Assembly: GCA_963715295.1 (NCBI GenBank)
Contig: CAVQRP010000012.1
Coordinates: 17,792-81,791 of the forward strand
Length of the DNA stretch: 64,000 bases
DNA from: an uncultured Chloroflexia bacterium
GTDB lineage: Bacteria; Chloroflexota; Limnocylindria; Limnocylindrales; CSP1-4
Reading direction: 5' to 3'
The position numbers and the translations under genes are program-made. The notes beneath the pieces are model-generated. The model was not told the DNA's origin. It saw nothing but the letters and a program-made list of their open reading frames with translations, and made no database searches. This document shows positions 1 to 10,108 of the stretch, one piece after another; within the stretch, counting starts at the first letter, position 1, and each line of letters opens with the position of its first letter.

Positions 1-1116
1 GACCGAGGGATTGCGCTCGATACGCACCTCCATCTTCTCGATCTGCGGAGCCGTACGAGTGTGCTTGGGGTTGGCCTCGAGGACGTAGGTGCCGTCCTCC
101 TCGATGCTGACCAGCTGGTAGGGACCGCCACCGAACGGCTCGACCGTGGCATCGAGCAGTCCCAGGGCGGCCGAGTTCTTGTCACTGTCCTCGCTGTCGA
201 AGACCTGCGCCAGGGCCTCCAGGCGCTTCAGCAGGTCGGCCAGGTAGGTGTCCTCGTCGAAGAGGCCCGTCTCGTCGACATACGGTGCACGCGGCGGCAG
301 GTCGATGCGGGCTCGCGTGAAGATCTGTTCGAGATCCTCGCGGTAGTCCCGCAGCAGACAACCATCGGGTGGTTCATCGGCAAGGCACTCGTCGCGCAGG
401 GTCTGCGTGGTGATGTCGGCGATGACGCGGTCGGGCCGGTTCTCGTTGAGGCGGCCGGCTGCGGCGATGAGCTCGTCGGTGGCCTTCTTGACGTCGTCCT
501 CGCTGAGGATGGGCAGGCGGCCCAGGGCCTCGGTCAGGAAGGGTGCGTACGGCTCCTTGAGCTTGATAGTGACGAGGTTGTCCTCTCGTTCGGGACTGCC
601 GTCCATGTAGGTGCGCACGGTCTCACACAGGGTGCGACCGAGCGGGCACGAGGGTGAGGCGGCCATCCGCAGCGAGAAGGTGACGTCGTCGGCGCGCAGC
701 TTGGCGCCGCTGTGGAAGCGGGCATCGACCTTGATGGGGATCGTCCAGGTCAGACCGTCGTCGCTGATCTGCGGCAGCTCCTTGGCTACCTCCGGTATGG
801 CCCGCTGTCGCTCATCGAGCCGGTAGAGCGGGTCGTAGAGCACGTCGACCAGGAGGCGCTCGGTGGCGTTGGGGTTATCGCTGGGGAGCAGGCGGGTGGG
901 ATGCTCAGGCGCCATCACCACCAGGGTGCGTCCGTCATTGGCACGCGAGGTCGGGGCGGGTGTGGGTGACGGCTGGGCCGTCGCCAGCGAGGTCGGGGTC
1001 GGCTCAGGACTGGGGGACAGGGTGGGCGTGGGGTCGGAGAGGCAGGCGCCGACGGCGAGCACAGCGATCAGGGCAAGCCCCGGGAGACGCAGACGCTGGA
1101 GGCCTACCGGGGGCAC
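1..1116 (-). CDS. ABC transporter substrate-binding lipoprotein, family 5 (peptide/nickel type); C-terminus lies beyond the window edge
   Basis: Hand translation of a minus frame that is absent from the ORF track because it runs off the edge. It starts at GTG 1116. VPPVGLQRLRLPGLALIAVLAVGAC is a signal peptide with lipobox. It continues ...ERLLVDVLYDPLYRLD... and ...GGGPYQLVSIEEDGTYVLEANPKH, typical of family-5 SBPs. Confidence 0.7.
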   Translation of the reverse strand, partial: MPPVGLQRLRLPGLALIAVLAVGACLSDPTPTLSPSPEPTPTSLATAQPSPTPAPTSRANDGRTLVVMAPEHPTRLLPSDNPNATERLLVDVLYDPLYRLDERQRAIPEVAKELPQISDDGLTWTIPIKVDARFHSGAKLRADDVTFSLRMAASPSCPLGRTLCETVRTYMDGSPEREDNLVTIKLKEPYAPFLTEALGRLPILSEDDVKKATDELIAAAGRLNENRPDRVIADITTQTLRDECLADEPPDGCLLRDYREDLEQIFTRARIDLPPRAPYVDETGLFDEDTYLADLLKRLEALAQVFDSEDSDKNSAALGLLDATVEPFGGGPYQLVSIEEDGTYVLEANPKHTRTAPQIEKMEVRIERNPSV

Positions 1117-2660
1117 GCGGTCTCCACGCCGGCAAGGGGCTCCCAGCGCAGGTCGGGCTTGCGTGCGGCGGTGGTCTCGTCGAGGCGGCGCACGGGTGCA
1201 TCGTGGGGCGCGTCAGCGAGCAGAGCGGGGTCCTGGTGAGCTTCACGCGCCACCTCGATGAGGGCGTCAGCGAAGGCATCGAGCGTCTCGACCGATTCGG
1301 TCTCGGTGGGCTCGATCAGCAGGCACTCGTCCACGAGGAGGGGGAAGTAGATGGTGGGCGGGTGATAGCCGTGGTCGATGAGGCGCTTGGCGATGTCGTA
1401 GGTGCGCACGCCGGTCTCGGCCTTGATGGCGCTGGCGCTGGCTACGAACTCGTGCTTGCAGGGCCCCGGGTAGGGCAGCTGGTAGGCCTCCCCGACACGT
1501 TGGCGGAGGTAGTTGGCCGCCAGCACGGCGTCTTCGCTGACCTGGCGCAAGCCAGGGCCCCCGTGGGCGCGGATGTAGGCGAAGGCACGCACCAGGATGC
1601 CGGCACTGCCGTGGTAAGCGCGCATGCGGCCGATGGTCCCGGCTCGCTCGCCGGCTCGCTCCAGGCGGAAGCTGCCGTCGGCGTCGCGCACCACCAGCGG
1701 CTCGGGCAGGAACGGCAGCAGGTGCTCGGCAACGGCGACGGGGCCCGCTCCCGGGCCGCCCCCGCCGTGGGGCGTGGAGAACGTCTTGTGCAGGTTGAAG
1801 TGCATCACGTCGAAGCCGGCTACACCGGGACGGAAGTGGCCCAGCACGGCGTTCATGTTGGCGCCGTCCATGTAGGCCAGGGCACCGGCCGCGTGGACGG
1901 CGTCGAGCAGCTCGACCACGTGGTGCTCGAACAGGCCCAGCGTGGAGGGGTTGGTCAGCATCACCGCGGCCGTGCGCGGACCGAGCGCCTCGCGCAGCGC
2001 GTCGATATCGACCATGCCGTCGGGCCCGGAGGTGATGGTGACGGTCTTGAAGCCGGCCATCGATGCGGTCGCCGGATTGGTGCCGTGGGATGAATCGGGC
2101 ACGATGACCTCATCGCGCTCGATGTCGCCACGAGCGAGATGGTAGGCACGGATGACCAGGATGCCGGTGAGCTCGCCATGCGCCCCGGCGGCCGGCTGCA
2201 GCGAGACTCCGGGGAATCCGCCGATCTCGCCCAGCTGCTGCTGCAACGTCCACATCAGCTCCAGCGTCCCCTGCGCCAGCGTATCCGGCACGAGCGGGTG
2301 CAGCGCGGCGAAGCCCGGCAGACGGGCGGCCCACTCGTTGACCTTGGGGTTGTACTTCATCGTGCACGAGCCCAGCGGGTAGATGCCGCCGTCGACCGAG
2401 TAGTTGAGGTGGGAGAGGTGGACGAAGTGGTGCACCACCGTGGGCTCGTCGATCTCGGGCAGACCCGGCGGTGTGGCGCGGCGGTGCTCGGCGGGCAGCC
2501 GGTCAAGGGCATCGGCCGGCGCGTGCGGCACCTTGAACGAGGATCGACCTGGAGCGTGCAGCTCCGCCAGCGTCGGCTGCAGGTCCGGGCCCACGGCCGA
2601 ACGACGCGCCTTCTCGGGCACCAGCAGCGGGCGGTTGGTGGCGAGGTGCGGCTCGGTCAT
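1104..2660 (-). CDS. gcvPB: Glycine dehydrogenase (decarboxylating) subunit 2
   Basis: Internal start MTEPHLATNRPLL within ORF 1104..3008. Motifs are GSCTMKYNPK and the PLP-lysine region HFNLHKTFSTPHGGGGPG. It has a 4-nt ATGA overlap with gcvPA. Confidence 0.95.
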   Translation of the reverse strand: MTEPHLATNRPLLVPEKARRSAVGPDLQPTLAELHAPGRSSFKVPHAPADALDRLPAEHRRATPPGLPEIDEPTVVHHFVHLSHLNYSVDGGIYPLGSCTMKYNPKVNEWAARLPGFAALHPLVPDTLAQGTLELMWTLQQQLGEIGGFPGVSLQPAAGAHGELTGILVIRAYHLARGDIERDEVIVPDSSHGTNPATASMAGFKTVTITSGPDGMVDIDALREALGPRTAAVMLTNPSTLGLFEHHVVELLDAVHAAGALAYMDGANMNAVLGHFRPGVAGFDVMHFNLHKTFSTPHGGGGPGAGPVAVAEHLLPFLPEPLVVRDADGSFRLERAGERAGTIGRMRAYHGSAGILVRAFAYIRAHGGPGLRQVSEDAVLAANYLRQRVGEAYQLPYPGPCKHEFVASASAIKAETGVRTYDIAKRLIDHGYHPPTIYFPLLVDECLLIEPTETESVETLDAFADALIEVAREAHQDPALLADAPHDAPVRRLDETTAARKPDLRWEPLAGVETACPR

Positions 2661-4006
2661 GCCGTCACCTCGGTGAGGCCATCGACGAGGCGCGCGATAT
2701 CGGCGTCGGTGGTCAGCTCGGTGGCGCAGACGAGCAGCGCCTCGGCCAGGGCCGGGTCGTCGGGATACCAGCGCGCCAGCGGCAGACCGGCCAGCACACC
2801 CCTGTCGATGAGCGCCGCGTGGGCCGCGACCGCCCCGGGAACATGGACGGCGAACTCGTTGAGATAGGGCGCCGTGTGGACACGCCTGAAGCCGGCTGTG
2901 CCGAGGGCGTCTTCGAGGCGCGCCGCGGTGGCGGCGCCGGCCGCGGCCACATCGCGCAGACCGTGTGGTCCGAGCGTGGCCAGGTACGTCGTGGCGGCGA
3001 GCGCGCACAGCGCCTGGTTGGTGCAGATGTTGCTGGCTGCCTTGTCACGCCGGATGTCCTGCTCACGCGCACGGAGGGTCATGACGAAGGCGCGGCGACC
3101 GTCCAGGTCGGAGGTGCGGCCGACGAGACGGCCGGGGATCTGTCGCAGCAAGGGCTGGCTGCACGCCAGGAGACCCAGGTAGGGCCCACCGTACTGGGGC
3201 GCGATGCCCAACGGCTGTCCCTCCCCCGCCGCGATGTCTGCGGCATAGTCCCCCGGTGGCGCCAGCACCGCCAGCGACACCGGCTCGACCACGGCCACGA
3301 ACAGCGCCCCAGCCGCGTGTGCCAGCTCGCTCGCCTGGGCCATCGGCTCCAGCAGCCCGAAGGCATTGGGCTGGCCCATCACCACGCCGGCCACGGGGCG
3401 CTCGCCATCGGCCAAGGCAGCTTCCAGCGCCGCCAGGTCGGTGGTGCCGTCGGGGCCGGTCGGCAGCTCCTCGATATGGCGACTGCCGGGGGCGAAATAG
3501 GTCCGCGCCGCCTCCACGTAGTGGCGGTGGACGGCGCGGCTGATGAGCACACGATCGCGGCGCGTGGCGCGCACCGTCATCAACGCCGCCTCCGCCGTCG
3601 CGGCCGCGCCGTCGTAGTGCGAGGCGGACGCCACGGGCAGGCCGGTGAGCTCGGCGATGAGCGACTGGAACTCGTAGATGCTCTGCAACGTGCCTTGGCT
3701 GATCTCCGGCTGGTAGGGCGTGTAGGCGGTGTAGAACTCGCCGCGCGAGACCACCGCATCCACGGCTGCCGGGATGTGATGCGAGTAGACCCCGGCACCC
3801 AGGAACGACACCAGGCCCGTGCGATTGCGCGCTGCCAGCGCTTCCAGCTCGCGACTCAGTGACAGCTCAGATACCGACTCCGGCAGGTCGAGCGCAGCTG
3901 CGCGCACCGCCTCGGGGATGTCGTCGAAGAGTCGCTCGACCGAATCGAGGCCGAGGGCAGCGAGCATCTGCTCGCGGTCGGCGGCGGTGTGGGGACCGTA
4001 GACCAC
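2657..4006 (-). CDS. gcvPA: Glycine dehydrogenase (decarboxylating) subunit 1
   Basis: 449-aa ORF with YTAYTPYQPEISQGTLQSIYEFQ, characteristic of GcvPA. Confidence 0.95.
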   Translation of the reverse strand: MVYGPHTAADREQMLAALGLDSVERLFDDIPEAVRAAALDLPESVSELSLSRELEALAARNRTGLVSFLGAGVYSHHIPAAVDAVVSRGEFYTAYTPYQPEISQGTLQSIYEFQSLIAELTGLPVASASHYDGAAATAEAALMTVRATRRDRVLISRAVHRHYVEAARTYFAPGSRHIEELPTGPDGTTDLAALEAALADGERPVAGVVMGQPNAFGLLEPMAQASELAHAAGALFVAVVEPVSLAVLAPPGDYAADIAAGEGQPLGIAPQYGGPYLGLLACSQPLLRQIPGRLVGRTSDLDGRRAFVMTLRAREQDIRRDKAASNICTNQALCALAATTYLATLGPHGLRDVAAAGAATAARLEDALGTAGFRRVHTAPYLNEFAVHVPGAVAAHAALIDRGVLAGLPLARWYPDDPALAEALLVCATELTTDADIARLVDGLTEVTA

Positions 4007-4010
4007 GCTG

Positions 4011-4391
4011 TCAGCCGTCGAGGGATGCGCCGTAGGCGGCGGCGTCCATCAGGTCTGCGCCGGCGGCGGGATCGTCGAGGCGGAGACGCACCATCCAGCC
4101 GCCCTCGTACGGCTCGCTGTTGACCAGCTCGGGATCGTCAGCCAGGGCGCCGTTGACCGCGATGACCTCACCGGCGACGGGCGCGAACAGGTCGCTGGCC
4201 GTCTTGACCGACTCGATCACCCCGAACGTCTCGTCCTTCTGCAGCTGGCGACCGACCTCGGGGAGCTCGACGAAGACGACATCACCCAGCTCATCGGCCG
4301 CATAGGCGGTGATGCCGACGACGGCCTCACCGTCCTCGGTACGCAGCCACTCGTGGTCCTTGGAGTAGCGAAGCGTCTCGGGTACATCCAC
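4011..4391 (-). CDS. gcvH: Glycine cleavage system H protein (lipoyl carrier)
   Basis: 126 aa with the lipoyl-lysine motif VIESVKTASD. Confidence 0.95.
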   Translation of the reverse strand: MDVPETLRYSKDHEWLRTEDGEAVVGITAYAADELGDVVFVELPEVGRQLQKDETFGVIESVKTASDLFAPVAGEVIAVNGALADDPELVNSEPYEGGWMVRLRLDDPAAGADLMDAAAYGASLDG

Positions 4392-4450
4392 GTCAGAGTC
4401 CTCCAGCGGTCATTTCGGCCCGAACCCCCGGCGGGCCAACCGGTCCGGGC

Positions 4451-5551
4451 TCAGCGGCCCGCGCGGCGATAGAACGGCAACGGCACGACCTCGGCGGGCA
4501 CGGCAGTCCCGCGGACGACGATGTCGAGCATGGTACCCGCGGCGGCGTCAGCCAGCGGAACGTAGGCCATGGCGATGGCCTCGCCCAGCGTGGGCGACTG
4601 GCTGCCGCTGGTGACGTGACCGATGGGCGCGGGGTCGTCGGTTCGCGTCACCGGATAGCCGTGGCGAGCGATGCCACGAGCGCGCAGCACCAGGCCCACC
4701 AGCCGGCGGTGCAACGGTCGGCCAGCTGCTGCGAGGAGGGCCTCGCGACCGACGAAATCGTGGTCCAGCTCGACGACCCAGCCCAGGCCGGCCTCGAGGG
4801 GCGTGGTGTCGCGGTCGAGCTCGTTGCCGTAGAGCGGCATGCCCGCCTCCAGTCGCAGCGTGTCACGCGCACCCAGCCCGCAGGGTCGCAGACCGGCGGG
4901 CCCGCCGGCGACGCTGAGCGCCTCCCAGAGGGCCGGACCGGCCGACCAGGCGACGAACAGCTCGAAGCCGTCCTCACCGGTGTAGCCGGTGCGTGCGACC
5001 AGCGCCGAGGTGCCGGCGACCACGGCCTCGGCGACGCCGTAGTTGCGCAGGGACCGGAGGTCGAGATCGGTCAGGTCCGCCAGGATGGAGGCGGCGGCCG
5101 GACCCTGCACGGCCAGCAGGGACGTGTCCATCGTCTCGTCAGCGAGTACCGCTTCGTAGCGAGCCAGGCGCTCACGGAGCTCGGCGACGACGATCTCACG
5201 GTTGGAGGCGTTGGGCACCACCAGGAACACATCCTCCGCCAGGCGGTAGACGATGAGGTCGTCGATGACCCCTCCGTCCGGGGCACAGAGCAGGGAGTAG
5301 CCGGCGCGCCCGGTCAGCAGCCGCCCCGGGTCATTCACCAGGGCGTGGGCGAGCCCCGTGGCCGCTCCGGGCCCACTGACTCGCAACTCGCCCATGTGCG
5401 AGAGGTCGAACAGGCCGGCCGCGCGTCGCACGGCGTGGTGCTCGTCGATGATGGAACCGTAGCGGACGGGCATCTCCCAGCCACCGAACTCGGTGAAACG
5501 CGCGCCGAGGCCGACGTGGAGGCCATACAGCGCGGTCCGTCTGGTCGGCAT
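4451..5551 (-). CDS. gcvT: Aminomethyltransferase (glycine cleavage T protein)
   Basis: 366 aa with FGGWEMPVRYGS and RLEAGMPLYGNEL. Confidence 0.95.
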   Translation of the reverse strand: MPTRRTALYGLHVGLGARFTEFGGWEMPVRYGSIIDEHHAVRRAAGLFDLSHMGELRVSGPGAATGLAHALVNDPGRLLTGRAGYSLLCAPDGGVIDDLIVYRLAEDVFLVVPNASNREIVVAELRERLARYEAVLADETMDTSLLAVQGPAAASILADLTDLDLRSLRNYGVAEAVVAGTSALVARTGYTGEDGFELFVAWSAGPALWEALSVAGGPAGLRPCGLGARDTLRLEAGMPLYGNELDRDTTPLEAGLGWVVELDHDFVGREALLAAAGRPLHRRLVGLVLRARGIARHGYPVTRTDDPAPIGHVTSGSQSPTLGEAIAMAYVPLADAAAGTMLDIVVRGTAVPAEVVPLPFYRRAGR

Positions 5552-5555
5552 CGTC

Positions 5556-6020
5556 TCAGACCGCGTCCGCCAACGGCAACGCGCGCGCCACGATCTCCCG
5601 CTCGGTCGCGAACTGCATCACCGAGTCCGACTCGACCAGGCTGAACCAGCGCACCTCCTCGAACTCGTGATCGTGCGCCGAGAGGTCGCCGCCGACGGGC
5701 TCCATGAGGTAGTAGTGCACGGTCTTGTCGATGCGCCGGCCGCCACGTACGAAGCGATAGTGGATGTCGCCGATCGGGGCGAGGATGCGGACCGCGAGGC
5801 CGGTCTCCTCGGTCACCTCGCGCAGAGCCGTTTCGGCCGGCGTCTCGTTAGCCTCGGGTGTGCCCTTGGGCAGCGACCAGACCGAGCGCTGGCGATCACG
5901 TCGGCGGCGGCCCAGCACCAGCTCGGGACCATGGGTTCCATCACGGATGACGACGCCACCGGCGGAGAAGGCCTGCTCGACCGGGAGGCTGCGCTCGGGT
6001 CGCAGGCGGGCCCGGGCCAC
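5556..6020 (-). CDS. NUDIX hydrolase
   Basis: Nudix box GTPEANETPAETALREVTEETGL. It ends 4 nt before the gcvT start, so it is probably co-transcribed. Confidence 0.85.
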   Translation of the reverse strand: MARARLRPERSLPVEQAFSAGGVVIRDGTHGPELVLGRRRRDRQRSVWSLPKGTPEANETPAETALREVTEETGLAVRILAPIGDIHYRFVRGGRRIDKTVHYYLMEPVGGDLSAHDHEFEEVRWFSLVESDSVMQFATEREIVARALPLADAV

Positions 6021-6355
6021 GTCAGCGAGTCGGCGGCAGCGCGCGGAACGAGCGCGGGTCGCGGAGCGCCCGGCGCGGGGTGGACCAATGGATGGACGCC
6101 GGCCGGATGGGAGCCCGGGGAGCCGTCGCAGCCGGTCCGTCCGGCGTCAGACTGCGGGCAGAGCGACGTATGGCACCGAGAGGGTCGCGTTCCGCCGCGG
6201 CCCGTGCGGCACGGGGGATGCCCGGCTTGATGCGCGAATGCGCTCGCGAGAGCGGATGGGGCGAGCGGCCGGTCGCGGCCGGTGACACGAACCGCGTTCC
6301 CCGATGTCTGACCCGGATCGAACCGACGCCTCGCTGCATGTGGCGATGGTACCGC

Positions 6356-7285
6356 CTATCCGTCTTCGAGCAGGCGTCGCAGCGGTTCGGCGCGTGCCTC
6401 ATCGAGCTCGCCGCGGGCGACGGCGATGGCCAGCTCACGCCGGGCCGTGGCGCGGTACAGCTCAAGGGCCCCGGGTGACAGTCGTGAGAGGGCCGCCAGG
6501 TGGTCGCGAACGGTGCCGACATCGCCGCGTACGAAGGGGCCGGTAAGGGCGGCCGTGATGCCCATGCGTTCGGCATTGGCGAGCGCCTGCCGGATGAGGG
6601 GCAGGTAGATCGCGAGCGCCCCGGCTTCGTCCAGGCCGGCTGCGCGCGCGACCTCCGCGACGCCGTCGAGGAGCCCGATGACGCCGCCACCGGCGAGCAC
6701 GGCAGCCGCGTGATAGGCAGTCTTGCCGGTCGGCGGCAGGCGCACCGGCTGCGCACCGATGTCGCTCGCGAGTCGACCCAGGAGCGCCACCAGCTCTTCA
6801 TCGCCCTCGACCGCGATGGTGGCATGCGGGAGAGCGGCCAGGGCCGCCTCCTGTTCGGCGAAGGCGACCATGGGATGGAACGATCCGGTCTGGGTACCCG
6901 CCGCCCGGGCCGGCTCGAGCACACGCGAGTCCAGCGCGCCTGACGTGTGCACGGCCGCCTGGCCGGCATAGAGGCGCAGGCTGGCAGCCACGTCGGCGAT
7001 GGCATCGTCGGGAACGGTCACGAAGACGAGGTCGACGTCGTCGGCGATGGCCGCGGCCGTGGGCGCGGCGCGCGCGCTCGGCACCAGGTCCAGGAACCTC
7101 GCCTCGCGCCCGGCGTCGCGGGTGGCTACGGCTACCACCGGCCAGCCGGCTCGACCGAAGGCCACCGCCAGGGCACAGCCCACCCGCCCGGCACCGACGA
7201 AGCCGATGCGGGGATGGCCACTCGGATCGCCGGGTGGATGGGGGTGATGGTGGCCGGGTGCGCCGTGCGTCTCATTCACAGGCAC
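6356..7285 (-). CDS. Rossmann-fold oxidoreductase-like protein with DUF2520-type C-terminal domain
   Basis: N-terminal IGFVGAGRVGCALA dinucleotide-binding motif. The overall pattern matches NADP-oxidoreductase/DUF2520 proteins. Family assignment is from memory. Confidence 0.75.
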   Translation of the reverse strand: MPVNETHGAPGHHHPHPPGDPSGHPRIGFVGAGRVGCALAVAFGRAGWPVVAVATRDAGREARFLDLVPSARAAPTAAAIADDVDLVFVTVPDDAIADVAASLRLYAGQAAVHTSGALDSRVLEPARAAGTQTGSFHPMVAFAEQEAALAALPHATIAVEGDEELVALLGRLASDIGAQPVRLPPTGKTAYHAAAVLAGGGVIGLLDGVAEVARAAGLDEAGALAIYLPLIRQALANAERMGITAALTGPFVRGDVGTVRDHLAALSRLSPGALELYRATARRELAIAVARGELDEARAEPLRRLLEDG

Positions 7286-7414
7286 AGACTATCGGGCCGG
7301 ATGCCCGGTCGTATACTCCTGCTGAACGCACATCCGACCGACCCGAGGCGGGCACTCCCGTCAGGAGCCGAGACTCGAGCGCGCCCGCCGCGCCTTCTGA
7401 ATGGAGCTCGCCTC

Positions 7415-10090
7415 ATGGCATCGATGTCCACGTCCCCAGCACACGACGCTCGCGCCCGTCTGCGCGTGGGCGACGCTGCCTGCACCATCTATCGCCTCGA
7501 TGCCGTCAGCGATCAGCTGGATCGCCTCCCCTTCACCGTCAAGGTGCTGCTGGAGAACGTGCTGCGCCACAGCGCGACAGGCGGAGCCGGCGCCCAGGAC
7601 GTGGCCGCGCTGGCAGCGTGGGCACCCGGTGGCGAGAGTGACATCGAGATCCCCTTCATGCCCGGGCGAGTGCTGCTACAGGACTTCACCGGTGTGCCCG
7701 CGGTGGTCGACCTTGCCGCCATGCGTGACGCCATGGCCGAGCTGGGCGGCGACCCGGCGCGCATCAACCCGCTGGTTCCGGCCAGCCTGGTCATCGATCA
7801 CAGCGTGCAGGTCGATCGCTTCGGCTCGGCGGACGCCTTCGCCTTCAACGTGGAGCGCGAGTACGAGCGCAACGGCGAGCGCTACCAGTTGCTGCGCTGG
7901 GCCCAGACCGCGCTGCGCGGCTTCCGCGTCGTCCCGCCCGGCACCGGCATCATCCACCAGGTCAACCTCGAGTTCCTGGCCGACGTGGTCAGCCTGCGCG
8001 AGGATGCCGAGGGCCAGACCGTCGCCTTCCCCGACACCCTCGTGGGCACCGATTCGCACACCACCATGATCAGCGGCCTGGGCATCCTTGGCTACGGCGT
8101 CGGCGGCATCGAGGCCGAGGCGGTCCTGCTGGGCCAACCGCTGTACCAGCCGCTGCCCAAGGTCGTGGGTGTCCGTCTCCACGGAGCACTGCCGCAGGGC
8201 AGCACCGCCACGGACCTCGTGCTCGTGGTCAGCCAGCTGCTGCGCTCTCACGGTGTGGTGGGCAAGTTCGTGGAGTTCTACGGGGACGGCCTCGCTTCGC
8301 TGGCGCTGGCCGACCGCGCCACCCTCGCCAACATGGCGCCCGAGTACGGCGCCACCACGGGCATCTTCCCCATCGACGAGGAGACGCTGGCGTACCTGCG
8401 CCTCACCGGGCGTGACGAACGCGTGCCGCTGGTCGAGGCCTATGCCAAGGAGCAGGGCCTGTGGCGCCTGCCGGGTGCCGAACCGGAGTTCGACGAGGCT
8501 CTCGAGCTGGACCTTGCCAGCGTCACGCCCAGCGTGGCCGGCCCGCGCCGGCCGCAGGACCGCATCGTCCTGTCCGAGCTGCGCGCAGCCTTCGAGCGTG
8601 ACTTCCCGCCCCCCGGCGACAACGGAGCGGGCTACCCTCGCGTGCCCGTGGTGGCCGCTGGTACGACCGCCTCGATGGCCACCGGCTCGGTGGCGATCGC
8701 GGCTATCACCAGCTGCACCAACACCTCCAACCCGAGCGTCATGGTCGGCGCCGGCCTGCTGGCGCGCCATGCCGTCGCCCGTGGCCTGTCGGTCGGCCCC
8801 ACCGTCAAGACCAGCCTGGCACCGGGCTCGCGGGCGGTGACCGAGTACCTGCGCGGCGCGGACCTCCTGCCCTCGCTCGAGGCGCTCGGCTTCGACGTCG
8901 TGGGTTATGGCTGCACCACCTGTATCGGCAACAGCGGCCCACTCGACGACGGCATCTCGACCGCCGTCGAGGAGCATGACCTGGTGGTGGCTGCGGTCCT
9001 CTCGGGCAACCGCAACTTCGAGGGGCGGATCCACCCGCTGGTGAAGGCCTCGTACCTGGCGTCGCCGCCGCTGGTCGTGGCCTTCGCGCTGGCCGGCCGG
9101 GTGGACATCGACCTTGAACACGAGCCCCTGGGGACCGGCGCCGACGGCCAGCCGGTCTACCTCGCCGACATCTGGCCCAGGGCCGACGAGATCCGCGACG
9201 CCATCGCCGGCGCCGTCACACCGGAGCTGTTCCGCAGCACCTACGCCAGCGTCTTCGAGGGCGATGAGCGCTGGCGTGCACTGCCGGTGCCGGAAGGCGA
9301 CCGCTACGAGTGGAACGCGGCTTCCGACTACATCGCGGCTCCGCCCTTCTTCGCCGGCCTGACGCCGGAGCCCGAGCCCATCGGTGGCATCAGCGGTGCG
9401 CGTGTGCTGGCCATGCTGGGCGATTCGGTGACCACCGACCACATCTCACCGGCCGGGGTCATCCCAGCCTGGAGCCCGGCCGGCCGATGGTTGCAGGAGC
9501 GGGGTGTGACCCCGTCGCAGTTCAACTCGTACGGTGCCCGGCGTGGCCACCACGAGGTCATGATGCGCGGCACCTTCGGCAACATCCGCCTGAAGAACGC
9601 GCTGGCCGAGCAGGAGGGCCCGTACACCACCTTCCAGCCCGGCGGCGAACCGATGTTCATCTACGACGCCGCCATGCGCTACGCCGCCGAGGGCACGCCA
9701 CTGCTCATCCTGGCCGGCAAGGAGTACGGCAGCGGCAGCTCCCGCGACTGGGCCGCCAAGGGCACGCGCCTGCTCGGTGTCCGCGCCGTGCTGGCCGAGT
9801 CGTACGAGCGCATCCACCGCTCCAACCTCGTGGGCATGGGCGTCCTGCCGTTGCAGTACCTGCCGGGCGAGAACGCCGCCTCGCTCGGCCTCAGCGGCAG
9901 CGAGGGCTTCGATGTGCTGGGGCTCGATGACGACCTGGCGCCGCGCTCCAGCGTCACCATCGTCGCGCGTACGGAAGCCGGCGACATCCGCTTCGAGGCG
10001 ATCGTCAGGCTCGACGGCGGTATCGAGGTCGACTACTACCGCAACGGCGGCATCCTGCCGACGGTGTTGCGCCGCCTGGCGCTGGAGTAG
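7415..10090 (+). CDS. acnA: Aconitate hydratase A
   Basis: Internal ATG (MASMSTSPAHD) of ORF 6947..10090. Motifs are LLQDFTGVPAVVDLAAMR and the Fe-S ligand regions ITSCTNTSNP and GCTTCIGNSG. Product is about 891 aa. Confidence 0.95.
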   Translation: MASMSTSPAHDARARLRVGDAACTIYRLDAVSDQLDRLPFTVKVLLENVLRHSATGGAGAQDVAALAAWAPGGESDIEIPFMPGRVLLQDFTGVPAVVDLAAMRDAMAELGGDPARINPLVPASLVIDHSVQVDRFGSADAFAFNVEREYERNGERYQLLRWAQTALRGFRVVPPGTGIIHQVNLEFLADVVSLREDAEGQTVAFPDTLVGTDSHTTMISGLGILGYGVGGIEAEAVLLGQPLYQPLPKVVGVRLHGALPQGSTATDLVLVVSQLLRSHGVVGKFVEFYGDGLASLALADRATLANMAPEYGATTGIFPIDEETLAYLRLTGRDERVPLVEAYAKEQGLWRLPGAEPEFDEALELDLASVTPSVAGPRRPQDRIVLSELRAAFERDFPPPGDNGAGYPRVPVVAAGTTASMATGSVAIAAITSCTNTSNPSVMVGAGLLARHAVARGLSVGPTVKTSLAPGSRAVTEYLRGADLLPSLEALGFDVVGYGCTTCIGNSGPLDDGISTAVEEHDLVVAAVLSGNRNFEGRIHPLVKASYLASPPLVVAFALAGRVDIDLEHEPLGTGADGQPVYLADIWPRADEIRDAIAGAVTPELFRSTYASVFEGDERWRALPVPEGDRYEWNAASDYIAAPPFFAGLTPEPEPIGGISGARVLAMLGDSVTTDHISPAGVIPAWSPAGRWLQERGVTPSQFNSYGARRGHHEVMMRGTFGNIRLKNALAEQEGPYTTFQPGGEPMFIYDAAMRYAAEGTPLLILAGKEYGSGSSRDWAAKGTRLLGVRAVLAESYERIHRSNLVGMGVLPLQYLPGENAASLGLSGSEGFDVLGLDDDLAPRSSVTIVARTEAGDIRFEAIVRLDGGIEVDYYRNGGILPTVLRRLALE

Positions 10091-10108
10091 GCCGAGCCCG
10101 GCGCGGCC

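Noticed and set aside
6310-6330. T-loop-like GGTTCGATCC on the minus strand, suggesting a tRNA or tmRNA end.
   Set aside because: The flanking bases do not form a T-stem, acceptor stem or CCA context, and no tag-peptide-like frame or tmRNA 5' end lies nearby.
6021-6355. Glycine riboswitch upstream of the gcv operon.
   Set aside because: It was expected on biological grounds, but I could not find the conserved cores (GGAGAG, ACCGAAGGGGCAA, CTCAGGC) on either strand. It remains an open check, not a call.
7676-9442. 588-aa minus-strand ORF, and similar long ORFs such as 19987..21336(+), 25488..26996(+), 42108..43241(-), 46990..48669(+) and 49715..51478(+).
   Set aside because: They are antisense to genes with unambiguous homology (acnA, ftsA, ftsW, sucC, mutase, biotin carboxylase). 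Their translations are Arg/Gly/His/Asp-rich low-complexity sequence. These are classic shadow ORFs of high-GC DNA.
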